Translations under genes and position numbers: made by a program
Notes under the pieces: model-generated
Seen by the model: only the letters and a program-made list of their open reading frames with translations
Told to the model about the DNA's origin: nothing
Databases searched by the model: none
Source: an uncultured Candidatus Saccharibacteria bacterium
Lineage (GTDB): Bacteria > Patescibacteriota > Minisyncoccia > Phycocordibacterales > UBA2135
Direction of reading: 5' to 3'
NCBI GenBank assembly: GCA_964573545.1
Contig: CAZNJQ010000017.1
Span: 1 to 13,844 of the forward strand
Length of the DNA stretch: 13,844 nucleotides
Shown: piece after piece, positions 13,772 to 13,844 of the stretch
Layout of the letters: each line of letters starts with the position of its first letter
Numbering within the stretch: the first letter of the stretch is position 1

Positions 13772-13844
13772 GGAGTGCGTAATGGGATTCGAAGGGCGCA
13801 GTCCCGGCTTTGCCGGGACGAGCCGGGGTCGCGAGTCCCGCCAT
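13772..13844 (+). ncRNA. ssrA: Probable 5' part of tmRNA (SsrA), truncated by the window edge
   Basis: GGAGUGCGUAAUGGGAUUCGAAGGGCG matches the conserved tmRNA 5' pattern (E. coli GGGGCUGAUUCUGGAUUCGACGGGAU). An 8-bp hairpin GUCCCGGC-UUU-GCCGGGAC follows. Position 3 is A rather than the expected G, and the 3' tRNA-like half is off-window. Confidence 0.45.

Noticed and set aside
13252-13844. Plus ORF 13252-13668 and minus ORF 13647-13844
   Set aside because: The first is antisense to the CDF gene and runs into tRNA-His. The second is antisense to tRNA-His and the tmRNA-like segment.

Overview
Bacterial chromosomal window, almost entirely plus-strand. 1-560 is a G+C-rich, structure-rich region of unknown product ending in a clean terminator. 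600-4353 is a housekeeping block: a tRNA-like fragment with two hairpins, tRNA-Val, acyP, uppS, an RluA-family pseudouridine synthase, rplS, tRNA-Leu, a small ORF and murI. 4476-12668 is the interesting part, a Pup/UBact-type protein-tagging locus. It holds an Mpa/ARC-type AAA+ ATPase, two overlapping Dop/PafA-family paralogues, and a 58-codon ORF absent from the supplied ORF track that ends ...YKQKGGE (Pup-like C-terminus). Immediately downstream, where actinobacterial loci carry prcB/prcA, sits a Lon-like S16 protease whose ATPase motifs look degenerate. No 20S proteasome gene is in the window, and the ARC ATPase lacks the C-terminal proteasome-docking motif. 12754-13461 (minus) is a CDF metal exporter without the cytoplasmic domain. 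It is followed by tRNA-His and what looks like the first ~73 nt of tmRNA running off the right edge. No CRISPR array, transposase or integrase was seen. The lineage guess of an uncultivated, possibly CPR-like bacterium is inference only.
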